Positions 1 to 13,560 of a stretch of 64,000 bases of DNA are shown in pieces; the stretch's first letter is position 1, and each line of letters begins with the position of its first letter. Origin of the DNA: Lama glama (lineage: Eukaryota); contig CM052817.1 of NCBI GenBank assembly GCA_028534125.1, forward strand, positions 42,410,001 to 42,474,000, written 5' to 3'. Made by a program: the position numbers and the translations under genes. The notes beneath the pieces are model-generated. The model had not been told where the DNA came from, did no database searches, and was given only the letters and a program-made list of their open reading frames with translations.

Positions 1-1390
1 ACTTTCCAATTAAAATTCTCAGCTGACAGAGCTACTGATACCAGCTAGATGTTAGTTTTTAAAAATACACACTAAGGTGAAAGAAGGCTTTTGCTTTCTA
101 AGGTATCCACATTTGCACAAGTAAAAGACACAAATATTTGATCTTGTTTTATAGATGGAGGATGTAGAAGGCTTTTATTGATTGGTTTTTCAAGATTCTA
201 AAAAGGGCTACATTTAATATTAGAATTAAAATTCAAGGATAACGATCTTCTAAAGAGGTTAAGCTTCACCTTCAGAGACATAAATACGCAACATAAAACC
301 CTCAAGCTTGTCTTTTAAAAACATACAAAAATTATCAGAGAAGACCCAAACCCAGAGAGATCTGTGCTATACGTTGGACTGACTTTATAGTGTGACCCAG
401 AGGGAAGACTCCACATTGCAGATGATGAGAAAGTCAGAACAGTAAATAAGAAAGAACTATGCAGTCAGAAGCAGGGCGAAATGATGGCAAATGCCAGAAA
501 TCAATACAGATAAATGAAGAATACGGAATCTTGAGAAGAAAGAGAGGCAATGGTCAAAAAAGGAAAATAAATAAAACAAAATAAAACCATAACAATAAAA
601 GCATCGCAGCAGTAACAGATTTGGGAGTTTTGGAAAAATTCTCCAAAATACAATCATATAAATCGCAATACATCATATCAATGGTGACCCAGTTCCCCTT
701 GAAGTACAATATGAATTACAGAGAAGAGGGAAGGGTCTCACACGCTCTCTAAGCAAGTAACTAAATCTCTGGGGTACCTAGCTGATGCTGTTAGCCGGGT
801 CTAGAGACAGAAAAGCCTGAGCGGTGAACAAGGCATCATAGGCAATTTCAGTGGCACCAAAAATTAAAATTTAGCTTTCTTCCACCATTGTGGTCAAAAT
901 ATTTTTATGAATTCCCCATAGGCAGTAACCCAAATATCATTTTAAGAGTTTAACTATGTCAATGATCTTGTTGTTAAAAAGAATGAACACTTTTGCATGA
1001 CACAAATCTTCTAACCCGATACATTCCTCTCAAAATATTGAATTGAAAGATATACAAAGTTTTTCTACTTAAGAAACACACCATTCTGAAAATAATTCCT
1101 GTTGATAAATGCTGATTTCTTCCCTTCCTAACTCCCTTTTATCTCCTTCCCTTTTTTTTTCTATTTTCTTTCCAATAACGGTCGATAGAAAAAAAATTCT
1201 TTTCCCTAATTTTCTACTGCTGCTATCTTTTGCTATCTTTAGGAAGATTCTAAAACATATTTACATTAGTTTTTCTTCACTACAGTATTACATTCTTTGC
1301 TATCTTTGACGTAGTGGACATACAGTTAACATTCTTGGTGACTAAAAAATAAATTTTATAAGATCAACAAATGGTGATGATCTTATAAAA

Positions 1391-1560
1391 TTATTGTGTG
1401 CTCACGGTGTGTCAGGCATTAAGTGCATTATTTTTTATCTTTATCACAGTCTATGAGCTAAATCTTATAATTACCCCATTTGCAAAGGAGGAAACTGAGG
1501 CTCAGAGAGATTAAAATCACAGGGCTGGTCACAGGTAGAGATGAGGTTCCTATAGGCAGA
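1391..1560 (-). mobile_element. MIR SINE fragment
   Basis: Contains CCCCATTTGCAAAGGAGGAAACTGAGGCTCAGAGAGATTAA, the reverse complement of the MIR core. Confidence 0.85.
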
Positions 1561-3449
1561 GATGTCTGAAGAATTACTTATACCTCATCATACCATTGCA
1601 GTGTAGGTCCTGGAAACAGCACTTTTAACTCTTGTGGGGACACCATATTCATTAATAGTTTCAAACAATTCAAGGCATTTAGAAATAACATTAGGTCGTG
1701 CAGTCCCAGGATAACTGAGGAGCTGAGCCGAGTCCCGGGAGAGAAAAGGTTTCATCTCTCTGCCTCATGCTTCTCATTTCCTTATACTTGTTTGTTAAAT
1801 GAAAGGAGAATTTATGAAATGTTTAGTGAACTATTTGGCTTTATAAAGAATACATGCAGCGGCTGGCTTTGTAGATTTTCCAGACAAAAATTCTTTTAGC
1901 ATTATTTACTTTTGTCTATTTCCATGGATAAAAGTGACCAAATTAAAACTCAGCCCTCATTTTCATCTCCTGGTTGCAACTCGGGCTAAGATACCTTCAG
2001 GTTTTATCCAACAGAAAAGGCACATCCAACCTCCTTTCAATAGTCATCTGAGCAACTATCAAAGATACACCACCTTGAGAAGGAGAGGGATGAAACGAGT
2101 GCCAGATTCTAAAGACATGACATCCTAATAAAAGAGTCCTGTGTAGAAGCCAGTGAGGGTATAGACAGAGCCAAAGTGGCTGTGAAATCTTGTCTCTGCA
2201 GATGTCAATAGCCTAAGAGCAGGGCCAGTCATTAGAATCTGCTTTTATTGTGTCTAAGCTCAAGACGTGAAAACTCACTGCCCTCGCCCTGCCTAGACAC
2301 GGAGCTGCTTAGAACAAAAAGGTCTGTCCTGGAACAAGAAAATCAGGGTCATAACAGTCCAGGCATATAAATATGTATATGGACTATCATTCTCTTGTAA
2401 CAAATGGTAAAAAGCTACGCAGGTGACAGTGAGAGAGTCAGGCGGAGAGCCTGCTTTATCACCTCCCTTGGACTGTGTTTCCCAAGCGGTGTTCTCGCCA
2501 GTCCCGCGTCCCGGGCCATCATTAGTCCCTGCACATGGAAGCAATGAAGGTGTCTCTTCAAGTAAATCACTTGGGGATTTTTATAATCTCAAATAAAATT
2601 TTTCTAATATTTTTTTCTAAGTTTTCCAGGTTTAAGGTTTTAATCTTTTATTATTTATTGGGCAGCCGTTTGGAAGAGCATGGTGAGAAAGCCCGGATAA
2701 ATAGTTGGTTGCAAAATCTGTGCCGTCCAATGCTCTCTTGAAAACTAATGAGTTCTTTCTTTTTCCTGTTATCACTGTTCTATCCTCTGGTGCTTAAAAA
2801 TTAATAGCATGTAGGTTTATTAATCTTCGGCTGTCGATCAATAAAATTGCTGATAAATATATTTTAGAGGTTGCATGGGAAAATCTGCAGATAAATTTTC
2901 CCTTCAACCACCGGAAAGATCATAGGCATCCAAACATATTTTCCATTTTTTTTTTATGATATCAGGACAAAGAAAATTACATGTCAACATAAGAAAATAA
3001 AATAAATCTATTTCAAACTGCAACTTTGAAAATTATTCAGAAAAAAATGTAAATAAGGGAAACGCTTTGGAATACAGGTGAATATTTCTTACTCCATTAC
3101 TCCTGAGAATTTGATAAAAAAAATAGATCATTGTAAATAATGTCTTTCTTTGTAGAAATAATGAGAATAAAGTCAATAAGGGGGAAAGTACGCTGTTCTA
3201 AGTGCTTTTTTTTGGAAGTCTTAAGTCTCTGCATTTATCTCTGGTATTAAATAGAACTGAATTGCATTTGCCTGTTAAGTCTTAGATATGGATGTGGTTA
3301 GAAATTTATGAAACCTGAAAGGGTCTGACCCTTATCTAACGAGGGAAAAATAGAAAGCAAACACACGGAGAATCGGTACAAAATATGAAGTCATAATGAC
3401 TGCTGAATTATTATTCTTGTGTATCTATGCATTTGCAAATCCAACATAT

Positions 3450-3545
3450 GTAGGAATGAAGGCAGGAAGAAGAAATGAAGGCAAGAATGAAGGAAAGAAA
3501 GGAAAGAAAAGGATGGAAAAAATGGAGGAGGAAAGAGGAGGAACG
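3450..3545. repeat. Purine-rich (GAA/GGAA) low-complexity tract
   Basis: Almost only G/A: GAAGGCAGGAAGAAGAAATGAAGGCAAGAATGAAGGAAAGAAAGGAAAG... Confidence 0.8.
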
Positions 3546-4989
3546 CAAATGATTAGTGGTGAGTCTGTGATGAGAACTGAATCAAATATAAAAGGGCTCT
3601 AATTCCTATGCTGCTTATTTAACACGATCCTAGCTGTATTTTCCCTCAGAGTTTATAACAAAATACGCTCGCTCTTCTTCATGATAAGCATCCTTCTTCC
3701 TTTTCTGAGACTGTGATTTCAAAAAGGCTTTACTCTAATTTTGGATTATGTATGCCATTTGGACCTTCAATTTATTTGTGGCAGCAAGCACTCTGATGAG
3801 TGTACTGTTTGTCCTATAATTGCTGTCTTCCAGTGAGCATTTTGTTCCATTACGATCTCCCAGAACATTTTATTCTCAAAAAGATGTGGCACAGACTGAT
3901 TCTTCATTTTAAGGATGCTACTTTAACTTCTCCAGGTTTTCAAATTATTTTTCATTTTAAATTATATTTTGAATAACAAAAAGTGGGGAAAAAAGAATGA
4001 TCAGGACTGAGAGACATGTTAAAAATCATATTGAATAGTTTTTTTATTTTAGAAATGAAAATATATTATGGAATGCAGCCTGACACTTATGGACAACTCA
4101 CTCATGATATGCATTAATAATATAAATATGTAGATGGAAACAAATTTTGTTGTGGAAACAGTAATTCTGGGTGCTTTTTAGAAAACCATATTTTTTAAAA
4201 CCTTATGCAATTTCATCATGAAAGCAGCAAGGCTGATTTTGAAATAAAGACTATCAGAGCAAGTACTGCTGGAGTATTTTACGATAAGTAAAGAATAACG
4301 GCTTTATGTGTTTTATAAATGTTATACTGTTTCCCACAAGACATCTTTTTTTTTCTTTCTTGAAAATGAAGAATGAGTGATTAGGAGAATGTGCATTTTA
4401 TCTCAAGTATATTTAAGTAATTTAATTCTCTTTATAACTGTATCAAGGCCCTCATGAGACTATCTTGTAAGAATTTACTATAGAAATAAGCGTTGACAAT
4501 GTATCTACTTGTAAAATATGATCTGGAGTGACACACAGACTAGCAGGATGGTTAGAAATAAAGTTAGAGAGGTCAAAAAACATATTCTTCAACAAAACGT
4601 GGTTGACAAAAAAAATTATAACAGGAACATATGACAAAGCCTTACGATTTAGATTTAAATATAGCTCTGGGCTTCCAGATTACCAAGTCAAGTAAGAGTA
4701 TATTTCCTGTTATATTACAAAAGAAAACATACCAAATCTTCTGACAAGAGAAGGTAGAGTAACACTAGGCAAATAATATGGTAAATAGTTCTGCTAGGAA
4801 AATCCAGTTCTCAAGACACTGGTTATAGATGGGTTTACGCCAGTATTTAGATATACATTTCCTAGATGTTTCAGGGGCAGGCAGGGATATTATTGCTTCC
4901 CATGATCATTAATTTTTCACATCCATTTACAAATTGATTACATAACAAGGGTTGTACCCAGTGGGGTGAGCAGCACCTTTCTCACTTGT

Positions 4990-5300
4990 AGTTAGTTCTC
5001 TGCCCAAAATGCTCTCCTTTCCTGCTGCGTATCAGTAACTCCTACTCACCCTTTAAGCCTCCTCACAAACTTGGTCTCTGAAAGGAAGGTTTCTCATACC
5101 CACCCCCCACCCCCCCAGCCCACCCCGTGCGGCACTCTTCTCTCTGTATTGTCATAGTTGATTTACTTCTCTTCACTGAACTGTAAACTTCCTGAAGGCA
5201 TGGAACAGTATTTTACTCCTAGTACCTAACACGGTCTTTGACACCCAGTAGATGCTCAGTAAATCTTCGGTGGATGGCTGAATGGATGAATAAGTGAACT
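4990..5300 (+). mobile_element. L2 LINE 3' end
   Basis: ACTGTAAACTTCCTGAAGGCATGG...AGTAGATGCTCAGTAAAT followed by a (TGAA/TGGA)n tail, typical of the L2 terminus. Confidence 0.8.
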
Positions 5301-6879
5301 CAGGGTTGCACTGAGGAGACTTGTCATCAGGAAAAATCCTTGTCATCAAGAGTTTGGGGTCAGGCCCTTGGGTAGGGAGAAGTGAGGGAGAGGGAGAGAC
5401 AGAACTGTATGGAGAGTGGTGGGGTGTCTCAGCTTAGAGCTCCAATCTCATCTGCTCTCCTGAGCAGCTTCCCGATCTTTAAAGTCAGCATGGATACTGA
5501 CTCTTGTGAGTGGAACTGGGTGAGGGACGAGAAAAGGTTTTATTTAATCAGAGTTCCAAAGCTCAACCTGCTGCATACTTGGAGGCTGATGGAGAAAATC
5601 AGAGAAAATCTTGATACAGTTCTATTCTAGAAAATGGATTCTTCGTGCGTTTATTTTTAATAGTGTCTTTGTCATAGCTGCCTTTGAGGAAGGCACTTTA
5701 TATTTAGCAAGAACTGCTATGAATTAGTATTCATGGGCATAGCCTTTTTGTCTGTTTGTTCTGATGTTCCAAAATCGCAAGGAAAAAGTGCCTGCCATTT
5801 AATTATATTAAATCAGATATGTGAACAACAGAATTCTGGCGTCAAGGACTGTATTAGCAAATTGTGCCAATTAGAAACACACAGCAAGTACCATGCACTT
5901 TCCTCTTGCATTAGTGGCTTTTAAATCATATAGTGGCATAGTAACAAATACAGCTAGCATGGTATGACTGTCACATTTTCCACACGTTCATTTTTAGCTA
6001 CTTTGCCTTTTAAAGAAAACATACAGTATGCTGTAGGCCTACACAGAAAGTGCTTCCCAAAATATGAGATAATTATATGCTTAAGGAGTAATATGCAAAC
6101 ACTCTTCTTCAGATAATTATGAACACTTATTTTTCCACATGGGAAGCTAGCCAAGAAGTAAAGACATACTGCACTTTGGGAAGTCATCCATTTTTAATAC
6201 ACAAGAGTGCCCTGTCAAATACTACGAAAATAAGTTAACAGATTTCTTGTGATTGAATGAATAAACGAAAGTAAAAAGAAATTCTAAAACGACAATTAAA
6301 AAACATCCATCACACAGTGTCACATTAAAAAACAATCCTATGAAGGGACAAAGTCTGCTATAAGAATAGACGTGGACAGTCATAAATAAACATTCAGTTT
6401 TTGATAGATATTGAAGATATATGTATCTTCCTCCAGGAATATTCTTTAAAAATTAATGGAAATTGAAAAGTAAGCTTGTGTAACCTGTACTATTGAGTAT
6501 CTTTTATTTATACTTAAGGAAATCTTGATTATTATGGTAAAAGGTGATAATTAGAGCACTGAACAAAGAAGATGGATAGTTGAAATACATATGGTGTTAA
6601 ATTATATTTTTGTCCATTGCTCAAACATTCTAAAATCTAAAATTTTTACCAGATCTCCATTATGATTTTAAACTATCTAATTTGAGTATTAAGAAACTGT
6701 AGACTAAATTCTATTGCTTTGGAAATTTTATTTATTTAAGGGTAAAATAAATTGGGAATTAATTTTAGTTTCTTTTAAGGTGTTTTTTACATATTATTAA
6801 GAATTTACCTCTTGTTTTTAAAATTTGACTAATATTGTAATATTATCTGCTAAAGAAAATCTCATTCTCTTATTATTTT

Positions 6880-7510
6880 GGGTAAAGTTTACATAGAGTT
6901 AGAGTCACAGCTAGTAAGTGTGTACTTTAATGAGTTTTGACAAATTCACACAAACATACAACACCCCAAAGAACACTGCTATGACCCAGAATGTTTCCTC
7001 ATCCTCCACTGCATCAGTCTCTCATCCACAGGCAAACACTCTTCTATTTCCATCACTAATAGTCTGGTCTGTTCTTGAACTTCAATGGAACTACCCAGTA
7101 TGTATTTATTTATGCTAGTTTTTTTAAAATAGATTTTTGAGATTCATCTCTCTAGTTGCATGTATCAGTAGGTCACTCTGCTTTTATTACTCAGTAGTAT
7201 TACACTGTGTGATATGCAGTGATTTATGTATCTTCCCTTCTTTTGGTACACCTCTAGATTGTTTCCAGTTTGGAACTATTATTAATAAAGCTGCAATACA
7301 AACACTTTCATAAGTTTTACATGGACCTATGTTTTGATTTCCTTTGGGCAAATACTGGGAGTTGAAGTGCCAGGTCATATGAAAGGTGTATGTTTAAGAA
7401 CTGCCAAACAGTTCTCCAAGTGTGGGTCAGTTTGCACGGTCACCATCATCACATAAAAGGGATTCGTCTGCTCCACAGCCTTGCCAGCATTCTGCATCTT
7501 CAGTCTTTTC
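6880..7510 (-). mobile_element. Old L1M 3' region, left part (continues at about 9940-10640)
   Basis: Antisense L1M 3' motifs (ATGAGTTTTGACAAAT, GATTGTTTCCAGTTTGG, AAGAACTGCCAAAC). Minus ORF 7187-7378 resembles the ORF2 C-terminus (IAALLIIVPNWKQ). Confidence 0.8.
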
Positions 7511-9925
7511 AGAAGTGTACTGTTTAATTTTCAAATATTGGAGAATCTTCTAGATCTGTTTCTGTTACTGACTTCTGGTTTGAATCCATTATGACCTTAA
7601 ACAGATTCTGTGTGAATTATTTTCTTTCACAGATGGTAAAGTTTGTTTTATAGCACAGAGTATTGTCTGTTTTGATGAAGACTGAGTTTATGTTCAAATA
7701 ATATGACACCATCCCACACGTGGTAAGGACCTTGTAACAATGTATTCCGAAATCCTTCCCCTCATCCTTTGCTGTACAGTGTCATATATTCTAATTTTTA
7801 CATATGCTATGAACAGACAATACACTGTTAACCATCTTTTGCTCCAAACAGTTATCTCTAGAGCAGCAAAAGTTAAGAAAAACATACACTTAATTTATTT
7901 TATTCCTTTTCCAATGCTCTTCATATTTTGTATAAATTTAATTTTCTTACATTTTTTTCTGCCTGAAGAACTTCCCTGAATATTTCTTTCCAAGGTAGCC
8001 TGCTAACAATAAATTCATGAATTTTTATGAGTTCGTGATTTTTTGCTTGTTTGAGAAAATATTTATTTCTCCTTGATTCTTGGATTATGCACTACTGGGT
8101 CTGGAATCTGACCGACCATCTTTCGTTTTCCTCCAGCACTTGAAAGATACTACTCCACTGTGTATTTCCTTGCATGTTTCTAATGAGAAGTCTACCATAA
8201 TTCTTATTGTTGTTTCTCTGTAGGTACTATGTCTTTCTTCCCTGATTCCAAGAGTTTCTTTTTGTCTTTGGTTTTTAGCAATTTGAATTGGATATGATAG
8301 GTGTTCCCTTCCCCCACTCCCAAACTCCATGCTTTTCTGAGCTCCTTGTATCTGTGGTTTAGTGTCTTGTCATTAATTTTGGAAGATTTTCAGCTGTTAT
8401 TTTTTCAAGAAATACTTTGGCATCATTTGCTCTTTTCCTTCTAGGATTCTAATTATTCACATATCAGACTGTTTGATACAATCCCACAATTCATGGGTGC
8501 TTCCCCCATTTTCACTTTTTTCTCCCTGTGTTTCAGATTGGGCAATTTTTATTGACTTATCTGTGAGTTCACTGATCCTTTCCTTGGTTGTGTAAAGTCC
8601 ATGGTTGTAGAGAGTCCACTGAAGGTTTCTTTATCTTTGTTTTTGTGTTTAATATTTCTAGCATTTCCATTTGATTGTTGCAGTTTCTATTTTTCTCATA
8701 AAAATATCTGATCTTACATGTGGTATACCTTTTCATTGAGTCTTAACATATTAATTATAGTTACTTTAAATTCTTTGTCTGATATTTCCACATTGATATC
8801 ATATATTTGACTCTAGTTCTGATGATTACTTTGTCTTCTTAAACTTTTTTTTCATTTTCATATACTTTGTAATTTTTTTTAAAGCCGGATATATTTTATA
8901 GCACAGTAGATACTGATCTTAATGCATTTTTATATTTCAATATGTGTATGCCTATCCTTATGCTAGGCTTGTAGTGTGGAGGACTATGTTAATATGCTCA
9001 GGAGATGGGCTGGATTTGCAGTTTGTTGCACAGACTTCAAATTCCTCTAGGTTTAGGGTGTGGGTGGGTTTTCTAGAGCGTTTTCTCCAGTATCTTCTTC
9101 CCAGAGAGAGTATAGATCCCCAGCTCTATCCCACTGTTAAAATTATCAACACTCATTGGCATGGTGATGGGAGGTGGTGGGGGGGATGCTCTCTGATGTT
9201 ATTAATTCAACTTCATTCTTAGGCAGGATGAACCTGGGTCTCAGAGTGGTGTGACCTTCACAAGTGTTCCTGCCCTTGCTCCAGCTATAGTACTTATAAC
9301 TTTGCTTAGCGCACATTCCTGCCCCTTCCCCAAAGGTAGAACTTAATTTTTCCTGTTTCTCTTTTCTCTAGCTTTAATAGGTTTCCAACAGTGTCCTAAG
9401 CAAGAGTTTTGTGGCTTTTCTCCCTGCGGACTGTCTCCCTATAGGGGAGTCAGGGGACATGGGCTTGGGTGGCATTTTGATGGTGGTTGCAGTTCCCCTC
9501 CCCTGATGAGTGTCATGAGGGAATTGTTCTCAGGAATCTACACAGTTTTCTCAGTGAGGACCTCGTGTGGTTCATGGAGGAAAAATATATTAAAGGGCAT
9601 AGACTCCCCTATACATGCAGCCACAAATGACTTTATACTTGCTCATCAATATGTATTTGGCCTTTAGTAATTCATTTAAAAATTTTAACTGACTCTTTTT
9701 ACAGGCTTATATGGCACATGGTGGCATTTGGCTCAGGTATACAAATGCTTGGTTCCTTTTTATCTGGGAATTTTTTACCCTGAAGTTAAAGGTTTCTGAT
9801 AGATTCAAGAAAAAGTCATTAATTTGAAATTTGAGAAGTTTTTTGTTTTGTTTTGTTTTGGTAAGGGTGATATCAACGTTCTTTACTGCTAGAGAGCAGT
9901 GTCTCTGAGATGAAACAGGAAGTTT
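7511..9925 (-). mobile_element. Nested L1M (L1MC/MD-like) 5' half: 5'UTR, degenerate ORF1, inter-ORF region, start of ORF2
   Basis: Minus ORF 8085-8330 (REERHSTYRETTIRIMVDFSLET) matches the L1 ORF1p C-terminal motif. The element ends in GAAACAGGAAGT (about 9912-9923), resembling the L1M 5' terminus. Confidence 0.7.
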
Positions 9926-9939
9926 ACCTATGTTCTTAC

Positions 9940-10640
9940 TATATCTATTTTAATGGAAGTGAAGTGGTATCTCATTGTGTTTTTCAGTTGAATTTTTTGA
10001 TGGCTAATGATATTAAGCATCATTTTCTATGGTTATCAGCCATTTGTATATAGTGTAGTTGAAAGAGTTTTATGCTCAAGTTTTTTACACAGTGCTTAGT
10101 TGTTTTTTTGGTCTATTTATTATTGATTTGTAAGTACTCATTACATATTTTATATATAAGCCTTTGTCATATAGATGCATTGCAAATATTTCCTCCTTGG
10201 CTATGACTTGCCTTTTTGTTTTTTAATTATTGATGAAGAGAAGTTTTTCATTTATATGAAATTCAGTTTACCAATTTTTGTGGTTCTTGTTTTTTGTGTC
10301 TTTTTGCCTAGATCAATAACAAAAATTTCCTCTTATTATTTTCTTACAGGAGCTTCATGATTTTAGATTTCATGTTTAAGTCTATGATCCATCTCAAATT
10401 AATTTTTGTGTGTGGTGCAAGTAGAAATAGAGGTTAAATTTTTTTTCTAAATATTCATGTAGTTGTTCCCAGCAGCACCAGTTGAAAAGTATTCCTTCTC
10501 CCACTGAATTATGTTGTTACCTTTGTTAAGAAACAGTTGGCCACATATATACGTGCTGTGCTCCTTATTCTTTCCATCGATATGGTTAAGCATCCTTAAC
10601 CCAATGTCATACAAACGTGACTACTCTAGCTTGACTGCAT
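9940..10640 (-). mobile_element. Old L1M ORF2 remnant, right part
   Basis: GAAGTGGTATCTCATTGTG...TTGCAAATATTTCCTCC...TCTATGATCCATCTCAAATTAATTTTTGTG is standard antisense L1 ORF2 sequence. It resumes where 6880-7510 breaks off. Confidence 0.8.
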
Positions 10641-12239
10641 GTCTTTGTTCTTTGATGTTATATTGAATTTGGATGGTATTTTATGTTGTGGTGAGAGGGA
10701 ACTGGAATTAGAGTCATAAGACTCAGAGTCTTTTATCTGTTTCAATTTCACAAACCGAGAGTTTTAAACCTTCTGAGCTCTTCTACCTTCTCTCTCTATA
10801 TATTTTCTTAATTTATTTACTTTTTATCTTGTATTTATTTTAGAAATTAAAATATAATATCCATCTTACATTTACATCATATAAATGCTTTGAAACAGCA
10901 TTGCATTATACAGAGTTATAAAGAATTTTATATTTGCCTTATTTGATAAGCCATGTGTAAGTCTTTAGAAGCTTCAGATTTTTATTTCTGATTTTGACTT
11001 AAAGACAAGAAGAACCAGTGACACAAAGCCATAGAAGAATGGCTGTTGTATTTCAATTAAAATAGGGCCTCTTTTCTTCTCATCACCCAATACCTCTATC
11101 TATAGTCAGGCAAAAACCCAATTAGATATTAATTGATGTGCATTAAAATTCATTAACTCTGCATGTGAGGCCTGGGCTATAATTAACTGTCTTTCTTACC
11201 TTTTGTTCTGAAATCTCCAGGTAAAAGACCCCGTTGTTAATGAGAAGGAGGGAGACAGTTCTGCCGTCTGTCGTTAGTTAGATGCAAGGTCTTCAGACGG
11301 CTCGGCGACTTAGTACCCAAATGTCTGATCGTAACCAAGCAACTCTGTCAAATATCCCAAACTATTTTCCTCCATGAAGTTTATCTTTGATATGTTTGGA
11401 GAGGGAAAAAAATTAATGCTAGTTTAAATGTTTTGATATCATAATATTTACACATTAAATTACACTTTGTGTATGTCGTCAACAAAATAAAACTTTATAT
11501 TCAAACTTAAGATCCAAAAAAACCACTCCCTGAATGTGAAGTTTCAAATGAATAGTTTGATATTTATCAATTTTAAACTAGATATATTGAAATCACTATA
11601 TATTTGCCTAAAAGACACCTTACAAATGAGTGATAGACAAAATAAATTACTTCAAACTCAACTGAAGTAAGAGTTTTCCTAAATAGCTTGCACTAGCTTC
11701 TTGGCATGATATCTGGAAAGATTTACAGTCACAGTTATATTGAAACTTTGGTATCTGTAATCTACAAAAATAACCAAAAAAGTAACTATTATTCCCTAGA
11801 ATCTCAAGACCCTTAAAAACTAATTATGCACAGACTTTAAGTGAAGAATGTAACCCCATTTTACACTGAATTCCATCCACGTGTAGACTCAAAAGAAAGA
11901 AAACCATGTGAAATGAGAAATGAAGAAAATTTAAAAAATATAAAATTTACAGAAAACCATTAAGAAGTTTTAATCCTTTCACTTCTCCACTCTTTAAATT
12001 GGACAACGGGGGCCCCATGATTTAAATGACTTTTCCAAAGCTGTAATTCTGGTAAGTGTCAGAATCATAGGAAAAACCTGTTTCTACCTGATTCACAACC
12101 AGTTCTCTCCAGGACATAATAAACGTAATTCTCAGTTCATGCTTGAGTCTAGAAAACTATCACTCATTTCTCCATTAATCTGGATATCCTGTAGATGGCT
12201 CAGACTCCCAGAATATGACAACGACATGTGATGCTCACA

Positions 12240-12465
12240 GCTGATATTTATTTCAGAGTTATTATGTTGTAGGCATTGTTCTAAGTATTTACATCTATTA
12301 AATCATTGAACCCTCCGATTAGTCTTGTGAGATAGTTCCTATTATTATCATCTCTATTTCACAGATGAAAATGCTGGGGTTCAGAGAAGTCAAGTAACCT
12401 GCTCAGAATCTCACAACTAAAAAGTGAAGGTCTGTGCTTAAAAGCCTATGCTCCTAACCTCTGCA
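12240..12465 (-). mobile_element. MIR SINE
   Basis: TATTATTATCATCTCTATTTCACAGATGAAAATGCTGGGGTTCAGAGAAGTCAAGTAACCTGCTCA, antisense MIR core. Confidence 0.8.
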
Positions 12466-12759
12466 TATGAACGTTCATATGTGATCACAGCCTATTGTGG
12501 TTAAGTGATACATATGAGTCCAATTCCATAATACCAGCATTATGAGAAATTTCTCCAAACTTTTAAAATATTTTCAAATAATTACCTATTGAATTACGAA
12601 TTAGACAATTTTCCCTTAGGTCTTGCTGTTTTAGATTCTCAGTAGTGCTAAAGTGAGAAATGGTTGACGGACAGGGTTCTCTTTCATTATTTATATACTT
12701 AAAATGCTAAGACGTTATTGAGTAAGATGTATTCTGATTCTTCACGGTCTCTTTGCTCA

Positions 12760-13560
12760 CCCCTCCTCCCTTAATGCCAATTACCCACATCTTCCTTGGT
12801 CCTGGGCCCCCCTTCTCCTTCACTTTTCTCTCTCTAGGTGCTTCCATTCAGTCTTTGGGCTTTAAATCCCTGCATATACCCATGACAACTAAATTTCTAT
12901 CTCTAGTCATGACCACTGAGTTTCAAATTTAAATATTTGCTGATTTGCCTTTTGACATCTCCACTCAAAGTAATAAATCCCTCAAATTTAATGTCACCTA
13001 AATAGAACTCTGTAATCCCTTCTGCCCTCAAACACAGATCAGAAAACAAAAGCAAAAGCAGAACTTATTTAGTTCAATACTTTCCATATCAGGTAATACC
13101 ACCCTCATCCATCCTCCAAAATAGAAGTCACTCTTAATCTCTGTCCCCTCATCCTCCACAATCAATCCGTTAGCACATCCTCTCAATTTTCTTCCAAACC
13201 ATACTTCATGTCCATCTTCTTTATTTCTTCTTCCTGCTGTCATTCTAAGCCAAATCACTTGCATCTCTTACCTGGATTACTTGGAAGCCTGACATCTGAT
13301 GTCCTGGCTTCCACTCGTTCCCCTATCTAATAAATTCTCTATATGCCAGCTAGAGGAACATCTTTAAAATGTAAATCTCAGTATGTTGCTCATATCACTT
13401 CCTTGCTTAAAGACCTCCAAAGCTTATCCATTACATTTTGCATAAAAAACAGCTCTTCACCATAACCTCCAAGACTCTATGTGATCCGTCTTGCTTACCT
13501 GTCTGATCTCATTGTGACTCTTCTCTCTACTACTTACATTCTAGCCACAAAATTTTGGCT
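12760..13560 (+). mobile_element. L2 LINE fragment
   Basis: Pyrimidine-rich L2 body motifs (CATCTCCACTC, ATCTCTTACCTGGATTAC, ATCACTTCCTTGCTTAAAGACCTCCA). Confidence 0.75.

Noticed and set aside
3396..3602. Charged 68-aa ORF
   Set aside because: Translation of a purine-rich low-complexity tract.
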